Positions 23,962 through 36,915 are shown, counted from the stretch's first letter. The stretch: 64,000 bases of DNA from Eledone cirrhosa (GCA_964016885.1 OZ024740.1:147746001-147810000); one strand, 5' to 3'. Translations and numbers: made by a program. The notes: generated by a model from the sequence alone, not told the origin.

Positions 23962-24463
23962 TTTAGGAGATTAGTATCAGTGTACATATATATATTATCA
24001 AGAATGACAATAAATGCCGGTGTGTGTTGTGACAAGGTTTTTACTTCACAGAAGTCAAATAAATTAATATAAATAATTTGTTACCCGTTGGTCACAACTC
24101 CCAGGCTGGAGTGTGTAGAGAAGAACAGAAATCTTCTCTTGGAGGTGTTAGTATTTCTTTAGGCTGCCGGTATTCTTCTTCTTGCTGGCGAAGGAAGTGA
24201 GACAGGAGTCATCTCTTGACGAGGTCTCAGGTGTTGTTGTTGTCACTTCGGAGTTCAGGATGCGAGAGAGACTGATGGCTTGCCAGCCCTCAGATTTATA
24301 GTCCCCAGGGGGACGCAACTCCATTTAGTACCTGAATCTGTCAATAGGGATCGCGCCTGTCGCAAAGGGACGAAACTACTATACGTGCTGAGTTACGACC
24401 GTCGTAAAGGGACGCAACTCCCATACGTGCTGAGTCACAGCCGTAAGGGGTCGCTACGCTACA
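23962..24463 (-). repeat. 5' LTR (502 bp)
   Basis: Begins TGTAGCG on the minus strand and is followed by the PBS. Confidence 0.9.
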
Positions 24464-24740
24464 GTTACTTCTTCATTGCGTTTATTGGTTGGTGACGCGC
24501 GTTTCGCTATTGATCAGCTCAAGGTTCGATCTGTACCGATCTAGCCCTACCCTGTAATCAATGGCTTGTCGGACCTCTGTGGTAGTAATAACATTACTAC
24601 CACATGGGTCCGACGAGCCATTGATTACAGAGTCGGACTAGATCGATACAGATCGAACCTTGAGCTGATCAATAGTGAAACGCGCGTGACCAACCAATAA
24701 ACGTAATAAAGGAGTAACAAATCGTCCTTGTTTTACTTAA
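24464..24740. repeat. Fold-back element with degenerate hammerheads (left arm interrupted by the Gypsy element)
   Basis: Palindrome centred near 24590, with the left arm continuing at 18760-18788. Arm reads ggt-CCGACGA-gccattgat..atcaatag(c/t)-GAAA-cgcgcg-T(C/G)-acc. Confidence 0.75.
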
Positions 24741-24743
24741 TTA

Positions 24744-24783
<40 letters not shown>

Positions 24784-24787
<4 letters not shown>

Positions 24788-24974
24788 AGTAAGTAAGACC
24801 CCGACGGCTGAGCTCAAGCCGTTTCGACCGCTAATTCTGTACTGAATTAGCCGTCGAAACGGCTTGAGCTCAGCCGTCGGGGTCTTACTTACTCCTATTA
24901 CCCACTCTACTACCCTAAGTATTGAGTACTTTGGTGCGTTATGGTCCACCTGGTTCCTTACCACTTTTCATTCG

Positions 24975-24975
<1 letters not shown>
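24784..24975. mobile_element. Short hairpin element in (TA)n with half-hammerhead; copy 1
   Basis: Hairpin 24784-24897 containing GAAA-cggct..agccg-TC, plus an ~80-bp unique tail. Confidence 0.7.
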
Positions 24976-25029
<54 letters not shown>

Positions 25030-25033
<4 letters not shown>

Positions 25034-25779
25034 ATTATGTCTCATATAAAATAATCCACCCAATTTTCAACGAAATACTATATAGTTAGCACCCCAAACA
25101 CTTAAGGGGGATTATACTTAGGTATATCCTAATGTTTGTTGAGTGAGATGGAGTTGGTCAGAGTATCGCTTAAAGCTTTCTCTGTTAATATATAATTGAG
25201 ATAAGCGGAGCAAGTAAAATACAAACAATTTCTTAAAATAAATTAAAAAATATAATTTAAATATTTACCTAATCCATTTTACCGACGGTTTCACCTTACA
25301 AAAGATTGGAGATCCTAGGGATCTCCAATGGAAATGTTTGGATGGTCAGAGAGCATTTTCCTTTTCTAGGACAGAAGTATCAAGAACGGCAAAATATATT
25401 GCTACCTGCCAGCTAGCACAGGATCGAATGAGGCCGTAAACTTGACCTATGCATGAACCAGCCCTTAGTAGAAGCAGGAAGTAAACATAGACGTGTTGTC
25501 TATGACACCACTAAAAATAGCAGCTAAATAAAACAACAGATTTGTTCTCAACATAACGGAGTAATATAAAAGATTAATATCCCCACAGGTACTAAGTACC
25601 CCTGGAAATATATAGAGTGTCTATGATACAGTGGTTGTTCTATGGTATTACTTTGACATACCAGAACTATAAAATTGAGATAAGCGGAGCAAGTAAAATT
25701 CAAACAATTTCTTTAAATAAATTAAAAAATATAATTTAAATATTTACCTAATCCATTTGCTTTTACCGACGGTTTCACC

Positions 25780-25782
<3 letters not shown>
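25030..25782 (-). mobile_element. PLE pseudo-LTR-like partial tandem element in (TA)n
   Basis: ~105-bp direct repeat (25194-25298 and 25673-25782); internal palindrome attggagatcctagggatctccaat; minus-strand GAAA-ccgtcgg-TA. Confidence 0.5.
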
Positions 25783-25870
<88 letters not shown>

Positions 25871-26158
25871 CAAATAACGAAACGAAATTAAATCTCGTTT
25901 CGTTTGTAACTCACTTTTGTATGACTGACGCTTAAACAATTAAGTTAAAAATGTACATCCACATATGTATACTGAAATACTAGTATGCATATGAATACAC
26001 ACACGTGTACATATGTAGATGTACCGAGTTTTTCACTGGTCACTTTACTGTGAGTGTCCAGCTATTCTGTATGTAAACACACAGACAAACCGGTTTTTAG
26101 AGTCATACTGGTTTTTGAGGAAACACCTTTCCTCTATTCTCCAGAAAGCCAGACAAGG

Positions 26159-26203
26159 AATATTGGACTAGTTTCGATGTTGTTACATCTCATCAGCAAT
26201 ATT
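26159..26203 (-). ncRNA. Type I hammerhead ribozyme (inverted identical copy)
   Basis: Exact reverse complement of 26601..26645. Confidence 0.88.
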
Positions 26204-26600
26204 TACCTATCTTCCGGCCTCAAAAACCAGTATGACTCTAAAAACCGGTTTGTCTGTGTGTTTACATACAGAATAGCTGGACACTCACAGTAAAGTGACC
26301 AGTGAAAAACTCGGTACATCTACATATGTACACGTGTGTGTATTCATATGCATACTAGTATTTCAGTATACATATGTGGATGTACATTTTTAACTTAATT
26401 GTTTAAGCGTCAGTCATACAAAAGTGAGTTACAAACGAAACGAGATTTAATTTCGTTTCGTTATTTGTTTTTATCGTCTCCGTTGAACCGGTACGTACTC
26501 ACGCTCTATGCAAATTAGTCTGCCCACTACTAATTTTCATAGAAAAAGCATATAACGATATGTGCTTTTACGATTCTCTAGAAAGGCCGGAAGATAGGTA

Positions 26601-26645
26601 AATATTGCTGATGAGATGTAACAACATCGAAACTAGTCCAATATT
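26601..26645 (+). ncRNA. Canonical minimal type I hammerhead ribozyme
   Basis: aatattg-CTGATGA-gatgt aaca acatc-GAAA-ctag-TC-caatatt: 7-bp stem I, 5-bp stem II with G10.1-C11.1, palindromic ACTAGT stem III, GUC site. Confidence 0.9.
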
Positions 26646-26866
26646 CCTTGTCTGGCTTTCTGGAGAATAGAGGAAAGGTGTTTCCTCAAAAACCAGTATG
26701 ACTCTAAAAACCGGTTTGTCTGTGTGTTTACATACAGAATAGCTGGACACTCACAGTAAAGTGACCAGTGAAAAACTCGGTACATCTACATATGTACACG
26801 TGTGTGTATTCATATGCATACTAGTATTTCAGTATACATATGTGGATGTACATTTTTAACTTAATT

Positions 26867-26922
<56 letters not shown>

Positions 26923-26924
<2 letters not shown>

Positions 26925-27110
26925 CGAAGGAAATGTGGTAAGGAACCAGGTGGACCATAACGCACCAAAGTACTCAATACTTGAGGTAGTAGAGTGGGTA
27001 ATAGGAACCAGTAAGACCCCGACAGCTGAGCTCAAGCCGTTTCGACGGCTAATTCTGGACTAATTCCGTCGAAACGGCTTGAGCTCAGCTGTCGGGGTCT
27101 TACTGGTTCC

Positions 27111-27112
<2 letters not shown>
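26923..27112. mobile_element. Short hairpin element in (TA)n with half-hammerhead; copy 2 (inverted relative to copy 1)
   Basis: Reverse-complement homologue of 24784..24975. Confidence 0.7.
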
Positions 27113-27141
<29 letters not shown>

Positions 27142-27185
27142 TTATATATATATATATATTTATATATATATTTATATATATATAT

Positions 27186-27235
<50 letters not shown>

Positions 27236-27256
27236 TTATATATATATTTATATATA

Positions 27257-27336
<80 letters not shown>

Positions 27337-27696
27337 TATATAAATATATATAAATATATATAAATCTTGCTCTGGAACCCTGACTCCAGCCTGACTAGGA
27401 GTAGGAAGCTGTCATTCCCTGACGTTATCTCTAGGGATACGGGAATCAGTAGACAGGACCTGGGGGCAGCGATGGGGGACAGGGAATTCTGGGGCATGAG
27501 AGTGAGATCCATCATCTCGACAGTAGTCGACGAATGATGATGATGATGATGATATATATATATATTTATTTATATATATATTTATTTATATATATATTTA
27601 TTTATATGAATTGCTCCTATTCCGAAATTTGATACTCCGTGTGAGTTCCAAGACATCATTTTCTAAGTGTAGCAATGTTGTGTTACACGGGGGGTT

Positions 27697-27880
27697 GGTG
27701 GATTGGCAGTATCGGTAGGGGGTCGGACGCCATACTTTCCAGCATAGTTACGTCCCTTTACAATCTGAGTTCAAATCCCGACGAGGTTGACTTTGCCTTT
27801 CATCCTTACGGGGTCGATAAAATAAAGTACCAGTAATGCACTGGGTAATTGCTGGCCTTGTGCCTAAAGTAGAAACAATT
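27697..27880 (+). mobile_element. tRNA-derived SINE
   Basis: Full family consensus. Confidence 0.85.
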
Positions 27881-28379
27881 ATAGGTTTTAAACCCAAATT
27901 TATCCTGTTTGTTGTCTGCTTTTCGCGGATTATCGAAATAAAAGGCACTCCAACGCAACCTTTTAATGAACGCGTCTGTTTTCTGTATCAGGAGTTTTAG
28001 GTATGTTTTCCTGCTTGGTACGGGTATGTTCTTTGTAGAAATATTCAGATGTTGTTTCTGTATGATGAATATAAGTCAATAGAGTGCTCAACCGAGGGAA
28101 CCAAATAGTAATAATAATAAATTTGAAGACTAAAATCCAAAGAGGGCTCGATAAGGATAAATATATATCAAATATATAAGAACTGTAGAATAAGTATTTA
28201 TTAAAATAACAGATTAAAGTTTAAGCAAAGAATCGCTGCTTTCACCCTTAACGGGATCTTCTGAAACTAACAAGGTCAATCTGTAAACGCAGAAGTGGAT
28301 ATTTAAAAAAACGTTTCAACCGGAGGAAGAAAGGAAGACGATACTTTGGTTCGTGGAAACGTTCCCTGGCAAAGAACGG

Positions 28380-28612
28380 GAAAAAACGAATATAATACGA
28401 GTGGTGAAAAACAATTACGCGCAAAGACATAACCATGTTTATGGTATAAAAGAGGTCGTAGACTAATGTTCTCTTAGGTGGTTCATAGAGATGTACTCTG
28501 GCAATGAACGAAAAAAACGAAGATAATACGTCATATGTGGAGCGTGGAGAACAATTGCACGCAAAGACAAAACCACGTAAATGGTATAGCAGAAGTCGTA
28601 GACTAAAATTCT
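28380..28612 (+). repeat. Diverged ~130-bp direct repeat
   Basis: gaaaaaaacga..cgcaaagac..aacca..tggtata..gtcgtagactaa occurs twice. Confidence 0.6.
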
Positions 28613-29435
28613 AACTAGGAGACCGAATGAATCTCCGTTTCAGAGTTAAGAACAAAGTAAATAAATACAATACGGAGGTAATAGAAATTAAATAAATACA
28701 TACACGCATACAAATACGTACATACACAAGCATACGCGAAAACATTTACCATAGGTATACAAAACCACGCACATATAAATATGTGTGTGTGTGTATGCGT
28801 GTATACAAATAAATAAATAATTAAATAAACGTATATAAATAAATAAATACGTATATAACAAGCGCACACACATGCCTACATGTAAATACACAAATGTTCG
28901 GAGACGTAAGTCAACCAAAACATGAAGTACACATATACACACACCCTACATACGTACGAACCTGCATACTCAGACAGACGCAAAACACTCGTATACACAT
29001 AACCAAACCATATGTACCAGAAAATATAAAATTATACGCCATAACATATACAATCAAATAATTTTGAGATAGAGCGCCCGTGATGTTTGCTTTAATCTGA
29101 TTAGTTTTGGAAATTCTACCTGTTTTATGTGAAAAAAGTGGCTCCAGATGTATTAAAATAAGTTTCGTGCCAATTCGTGTTGCAAAAATTCTTGTGGTGA
29201 AAACAATTTTGATTGGTCGGTAGAGGTCATGTGAATGTTAAAAATTGATTTTGCGCGAAATGTAGGTTTGTGTCGGCTGATTGAGAAGTCACTGAAAAAT
29301 AAGTCTTTCAAAACAAATATGTGTGTGTGTGTGTGTGTGTAGTAGTAGTAGTAAAGAGGTTCGTTGTTGTGATAATGGTCAGCAGGGATGTGTGTGCGAA
29401 CCGCAGCCTGTTGACAGTTCAAATGCCTATTAAGA

Positions 29436-29474
<39 letters not shown>

Positions 29475-29770
29475 CAGAGTAATTCGTGGTAGAGGGATGG
29501 TCAGTAGGAATGTGTCTGTACGTGTGTGGGGGATATTTTCACATGTTAAAAGGTATTTTTCAGCTCTTGTCTTATACGGAGAAGTGTGTGTATATGTCTC
29601 TTTGTATGTTAATGTACGCGTGTGTATGTGTGTGTGTATATATATGTGTGTGTGTGTGAATATGTGTGTGTGTGTGTGTGGGTGGACCAGTATTTTTGTG
29701 ATACTGGTAAAAATGGTGTACATTATTCGATATTTTCAGTAAAAGCGAGTGTGTTACACCTCTATTCTTT

Positions 29771-29871
<101 letters not shown>

Positions 29872-29894
29872 ATATTTATTTATATATATATATT

Positions 29895-29929
<35 letters not shown>

Positions 29930-30299
29930 ATATTTATTTATATTTCGTTTCTCAATTTGTTTAGTAAGATTCTTTATCTGAAAACGTGTGTTGAAACCGA
30001 TATTGTTATACTTTGGGAGGGTCAGGTTGCCAATAAGAAACTTACGCACCAGTTACTTTCACTTCAATTTATTATAAATTAAATTTATAAATTTAGGAAT
30101 CTATAAATTTCCGGTTGGTTGGTTGGTTCCACAACCAGACGATTGTTCATATATACATATATATATATAGTCAAAGTTCTTTCGTCACACACTCTGTGAC
30201 CTCTTTAGTGACTGGGGATTCTTTTCTTTGTTTTTGTGCCTCTCCTTTGTTCTGTCCTACGCCATCTTGTTTTTGTGTGTGTTGTGTTTTGTGTACTTA

Positions 30300-31828
30300 A
30301 ACTTACTTATAGTAATAATTATGTAGATACATATGACCTTAGAAACCTGTGCCCTACAAGACCAGCAAGAAGCAGACCACCTACCATTACCTCATTGGCC
30401 AAGAAAACCCACATAGATAGATGGAACGTGTGGACCAGAGCCATACGGATCCCCGAAAACCACGATGAACTAAAGAAAATTGTTGCACATGCGGTGGGGG
30501 CCAGTATAAAATTAACCCTTAAGGAACATATGTTCAAATTTAATGGAAAAACATATGCCCAAGAGGAAGGAGCAGCCATTGGTGTTAGCATTGCAGGTGA
30601 CATAGCTAACTTATTCATGGTATGGTGGGACAGTAGACTTAAACTTAAACTTAAAGAACAATTAGAAGACCCCTTAACCCTGATAATGTACTCCCGCTAC
30701 GTTGATGATATAAACATCGTAGTAAAAACACCCCCACTAGAGAACAGTCAGGAATTACAGAAAAACACCATGGAAAGCATCCAGCAAATAGCTAATTCCA
30801 TCCACCAGAGTATTAGAGTTACTATAGACTACCCAAGCAAACACCCCAACCATCGATTACCTGTACTAGACACAGAGCTCTGGTTAGATACTATCAATAA
30901 CAAAAAACAGATCCACCATTCCCATTATGCCAAACCCATGACTTCTAAACATCTAATCCACCGAAACTCAGCTGTTTCGGACCACACCAAAATCAACATA
31001 CTGATTGCGGATTTGGTACGGGTGATGAGAAACGTGTCCCGCATGTGCAACCCCAAGGAACTAGAGAGACACATACAACACTTCATCCACCGTATGCAGT
31101 TCTCTGGTTACAACCAGAGAGATAAGACCAGAGTATATAGAGGAGCCAGAACCAAATGAGAAAAAATGGTAAATAATGATACAAATGGGACCTGCCCATT
31201 GTATAGGAGCAAATTTTGGAATAGAATAGAAAGAACTAGGAATAAGGTTAATAGAATAAACTCATGGTATGATAGCAATAAATACCAGAGTGTAATGTTC
31301 ATCAATACAACCCCTAGAGGTGAATTAGCTTACAAATTCAGAAGGGCCCTAGATAAACATAAACTCAATATTAAGATAGTAGAAAGACCAGGTACCTCAA
31401 TAAAAACACTTATTAGCAATACATACCCTTTTCAAAGACCTCCCTGTATAGATAAGAAATGTATAATCTGTAAACTAAGCCCCCACATTAACTGTAAAAC
31501 TAGAAATGTAGTATATAGCATAAGATGTACTGAAGGACAACGTAGAGATAAGAATATAGTGTACATAGGTGAGACAGCTCGTAGTATAGGAGAACGGATA
31601 AATGAACACTGGCGAGAGCTTCAAGATAGTAAAGAATCATCTGTACTCTACCAACATGCTAAAATAGAACATAAGGGTAAATTAAAGAACATAAAAATAA
31701 AAATAGAATCTACACACAGAAAAGACGCAATGTTTAGACAAATCACAGAGGCAATAAACATAAACGAACTCCAACCAAAATTAAATAGAAAGCATGAATG
31801 GAATAGCAACAGCACAACTTACAATTAA
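30300..31828 (+). pseudogene. PLE RT C-terminal part + GIY-YIG endonuclease (one in-frame TGA at 31157)
   Basis: GAAIG..IANLFM, YSRYVDDI, LPVLD; Cys-rich linker; VVYSIRC..VYIGETAR..RINEH..EA..P.LN. Confidence 0.88.
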
Positions 31829-32027
31829 GGACAAAATGAAAACACACACACACATAGAACAAACAACCAGCCAGTAACATGTAAATAAACAAATAAATAA
31901 ACAAATATAAACACACACAGACACCCGGATGTAACACATGCGCAAACTAAGCACACAACACACACAAAAACAAGATGGCGTAGGACAGAACAAAGGAGAG
32001 GCACAAAAACAAAGAAAAGAATCTCCA

Positions 32028-32068
32028 GTCACTGAAGAGGTCACAGAATGTGTGACGAAAGAACTTTG

Positions 32069-32070
<2 letters not shown>
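32028..32070 (+). ncRNA. Minimal type I hammerhead in PLE pseudo-LTR
   Basis: gtca-CTGAAGA-g-gtcaca gaatg tgtgac-GAAA-gaac-TT-tgac. The inverted copy at 30170..30212 has a mutated core (CTAAAGA). Confidence 0.7.
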
Positions 32071-32102
<32 letters not shown>

Positions 32103-32257
32103 CAATCGTCTGGTTGTGGAACCAACCAACCAACCGGAAATTTATAGATTCCTAAATTTATAAATTTAATTTATAATAAATTGAAGTGAAAGTAACTGGC
32201 AACATGACCCTCCCAAAGTATAACAATATTTATTTATATATATATATATATATTTAT

Positions 32258-34021
32258 ATAGAATTCACAAGAATCAAAGTTATGTTCAAAGCATTTATTC
32301 ACTTACAATTGTTTCATCCAAACCTAGGCTTGGAATCTTCGGAGCATTTTTCAATGTGTGTACACATAATTGACCTCCTTTCCAACGCAAGAGACATACA
32401 GTACATATATATATATTGATGTACAGTGGGGTGGCATATATTATACTATACTATTTTTGTACAGCAATTCAAATTCAAATTCAAAATCAAAATCAAAATT
32501 AAAATCAAAATCAAAATTAAAATACATTCGGCAGATAACACAGATAATGCAAGAGGATAGTTTGATAGTCAGGTCTAGTAGGTAGTGTATGCGTTAGTTA
32601 CACGAGGGCATGCAAGTGTGTCTCATTTTTATACTATCATTGTGTGGCAGGGTGTTAATAGTAATGCAAGCACTTTAAGCGGGTAAGCAAGGTTATTATG
32701 GTGGTTGTAGTGGTAAGGTATTTTTTGTATAGAACAAAAAAGTATGTGTGCAGAAAAATAAAAATAAAAAGAAGCAAATGAAAGTTATGGTTTTCGTATC
32801 CACCATCATTTTTACATTCAGAAAAAGTAAAATAAAGTTTCTACATCCATCACATAAGTAACGATGATTCCGTATTGAATGTTTGATGCATTAAAATAAA
32901 TTATTTTAGCGTATTGAGGCTCAGTGTTATTTAATCCAAGTTTATAGAATAGGTTGATTCTGCTGCGAGAATTTACAGCGGTTTATTACCCGGAAGTATG
33001 TGTGTAATTAAGGGGAGTTAATGCGTAAGGGGAGGTAACTAGCCGAATGTCATAACTAAATTCATTGTTCTAACATACATTATAAGACGCCTCAATTGAG
33101 TCCCTTATATAGACGTTTATACATTTATATCCAGTTTCCAATTTTAAATACAGTCTACTCTATCATGATGTACTAAAGGTATCTATATTAAGTTGATTAC
33201 TCCCAATTGAATATTCCATACAAAGTGCCATACCTTTATATCAAAGTTCACTGTAAATGCAGTCTACTCTTAGAACATATCAGGGGACCTATTAGAATTT
33301 TGTCTACATAACCCCTGGCAAGTTATGGAGCAGCGTATGGCTGTTTGCATGGCAAAACAAAATACATCTCTAGGGCAGACAAATACATCCCTCATTTACA
33401 ATGTCATTAATCTATCCATCAAGTTATACTTGCATATATAATTCATATATAATTCATACATAATTCATTGCAGCGCCCTACATATAAGTTAGACAGATCT
33501 CTTATGTTAATAAATTAATCTTATATATATCCAATGTTATCACTCCATACATTTAATTACAAATGCATAAATAATTCATTGCCGTATCTAGTATTTAAAG
33601 ATTATATAGACCGTATTGTATCATTATATAATTATAAGTAATTGAAAGTAGTTATATTAAAAGTAGGTGTTTATGGGGATATTTCTAGGGTATAAAGTTA
33701 TAGATAGATGAAATGATTTGTGTCGAGATAGGGTGGATCAGAGAGTGTGGAGTTGTGGTGTAAGGTGTGCCCTTGAGGTGTGGTGTTAGAAGTGGTGATG
33801 GGTTTAAGTCCGACATTGTTATATATTGGGTTTAAAGTTTTGGAAGGAGTGCCGGAAGCGGTGCTGGCACGACGCAAAGACTTCCGATTTTTTTTATTAA
33901 GGAGGTTATGGTTTGAGAAGATTATAGTATGGGTCTCTAGTAGACAGTGGTTATAGGTTTGGATGAAACAATTGTAAGTGAATAAATGCTTTGAACATAA
34001 CTTTGATTCTTGTGAATTCTA
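32258..34021 (-). mobile_element. 3' end of a second Naiad-like PLE with a short inverted terminal copy
   Basis: Minus strand 33950-33822 reads HCLLETHTIIFSNHNLLNKK/SEVFASCQHRFRHSFQNFKPNI*, like the Naiad C-terminus at 43000-43125; ~68-bp inverted repeats at 32258-32326 and 33954-34021. Confidence 0.7.
32301..32345 (-). ncRNA. Variant type I hammerhead
   Basis: gct-CCGAAGA-t-tccaagc ctag gtttgga-t-GAAA-caattg-TA-agt; palindromic stem III, U4C core change. Confidence 0.5.
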
Positions 34022-34185
34022 TATAACTGCTCTGTAGAACAACTGATGTTATTACATTGAGCTATTTATCTTACTGGTAATAACGTAGTAATAAATTACT
34101 TACCTTCACTGTTTAGGGTTTAAAATATACATAACTAAAAAAATTTAATATATACATAACCATAAATAGTATCCCTAATATTATA

Positions 34186-34274
<89 letters not shown>

Positions 34275-34281
34275 ATATATA

Positions 34282-34486
<205 letters not shown>

Positions 34487-34564
34487 ATATATATTTATTT
34501 ATTTATATTTATATTTATTTATATATTTATTTATATATATATATATATATATTTATTTATATAT

Positions 34565-34645
<81 letters not shown>

Positions 34646-35671
34646 TGTAGATAAATCTACCAAGAGTTTACGGTAGTGTCCAATCCGTATGAAGAACTCA
34701 ATGTATTCCGGATATCATGGAAAGAAGAGATGTAATGAAAAACCACTTTCGGTGAAAGATAAACGGTATACAGAGTCAAGATAAAATATTAAACAAATAA
34801 TGAATAAACAATTCCTTATATTAAACAAAAAAAGTTCATTATTTAACGATCGTTTCTAGGATATATATGTGTTAGAATTGGTATGCATATTCAACAGATC
34901 TATGTACAAAATTATACAAAATTATACAAATTATCAAGATTAAATATACATACCAAACACATATATACGCCGTCTTCAGAAATAATGAAGTATATTTATT
35001 GATAATAACAACAATTCAAAATTTCAGTTCAAAATTGACCAATGAAAACACAAAGGGTTAAATGCAGTTCGGTGTGTGTATATACATGTAAAACCCTTAC
35101 ACATATTTTACAAAAATGTATGTATAATTTGTATACGCATACTAAAAGGATGGATGCAAATACAAAATTTCAAGGTTAATGTCTCTGTAAGTTTACAATG
35201 CGCAGATAAGATGCGTATTGACACTTATGGAGTCAAGTATATAAATATATTTTTTCATACTCACACATATCCGTACAATCACACATACACGCGCGTATAT
35301 GCATAAATATACACATAACCACGAACATACAAACACACACACACCCCCACTCACATTTATATATGTGGATATAAAATCATAAGCACATGGATATTAATTC
35401 ACTCACATAAAACACTGGCACACACATTTTTAGATCAAGATACAGAAATTAGGTGGGAGGGGGGGGGGGAGGGGTCAGTATTCAACTGTCTGAGCAGACT
35501 GCCTAATATAAATGTATCTATAAACTAAGAAAAATAAAAAAATAAAATATAATAAATAAAACATTAAAGAGGAAAGAATAGAAAGAAAAACAGAAAAAAG
35601 AAAAAAGAAAAAAGAAAAAAGAAAAAAGAAATATATCAAGAAAATAAATATATATATATATACACATATAT

Positions 35672-35716
<45 letters not shown>

Positions 35717-35910
35717 TATACATATATATAAAAACATACATATATATACACATAGACACACACATATCCATACATAAATATACACACATATATAAACACA
35801 TACATACATATACACACATCCACACTAAGAACATACATATACACACATATATAAACATATACATATACACACATACATACATATACACATATACATACAA
35901 ATACACATAC

Positions 35911-35944
<34 letters not shown>

Positions 35945-36569
35945 GTAGATAAATCTACCAAGAGTTTACGGTAGTGTCCAATCCGTATGAAGAACTCAAT
36001 GTATTCCGGATATCATGGAAAGAAGAGATGTAATGAAAAACCACTTTCGGTGAAAGATAAACGGTATACAGAGTCAAGATAAAATATTAAACAAATAATG
36101 AATAAACAATTCCTTATATTAAACAAAAAAAGTTCATTATTTAACGATCGTTTCTAGGATATATATATATATATATATACAAATACATATATATGTACAT
36201 ACACGTACATATACACACACATATACATATAATTACACATACTATATAGACACAGATATATATAACCACACACATACATGCACATATACAACACTTACAT
36301 ACTAATATACATACAGATATACACATACATAGCTATATATACACACAAATATATACAGACTTACATATATACACATACAGACAAATACTTACGCATCTAT
36401 ATATCGGTATATACATACAAACACCACTACACTATCACACAACTTAGAAATACAAAGAGAAAGGTATATACCTATACACACATACATATACAAATAGAAA
36501 AACATATAGATATATATATATATATATATATATACATACACACACACATACATATACATATATATATAT

Positions 36570-36621
<52 letters not shown>

Positions 36622-36861
36622 CAAATACACATACACACACATACAGATATATACACATACATACATGTACACACACATAGAAATATTTACACATACACAC
36701 ATACACACATACATATAAAATCATACACACACATACACCTACACGAACATACACATACACATATATAAAGATATATATATACACACACACACACGCAACC
36801 CATACACACATACACATATATATAAAAAATAAATAATAAAGATATATACATATATATATAT

Positions 36862-36915
<54 letters not shown>

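Larger units (their letters stand above)
18789..24463 (-). mobile_element. Full-length Ty3/Gypsy LTR retrotransposon, CsRn1 clade (defective)
   Basis: LTRs 18789-19368 and 23962-24463; 4-bp TSD GTTA (18785-88 and 24464-67); tRNA-Trp-type PBS; gag with CHCC motif; PR-RT-RH-INT order. Confidence 0.93.
25866..26870 (+). mobile_element. Non-coding retrozyme-like element: 466-bp unit in partial tandem plus inverted copy
   Basis: cctcaaaaaccagtatg recurs at 26218 and 26684 (period 466); 25866-26220 is an inverted copy; bounded by (TA)n on both sides. Confidence 0.8.
29940..32229 (+). mobile_element. 5'-truncated Penelope-like element (Neptune-like) with inverted pseudo-LTR
   Basis: RT and GIY-YIG ORF; 30000-30297 is an inverted copy of about 31950-32229; lies in (TA)n. 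Confidence 0.88.

Noticed and set aside
26054-26750. Duplicated small ORF MSSYSVCKH
   Set aside because: GTG-initiated by-product of the inverted repeat, antisense to the hammerhead; no coding evidence.
24784-27112. One composite transposon bounded by 190-bp TIRs
   Set aside because: The two copies carry distinct diagnostic variants and each is separately flanked by (TA)n, which fits independent insertions better.
27697-27790. tRNA gene
   Set aside because: The A/B-box-like head belongs to a multi-copy SINE; no intact cloverleaf.
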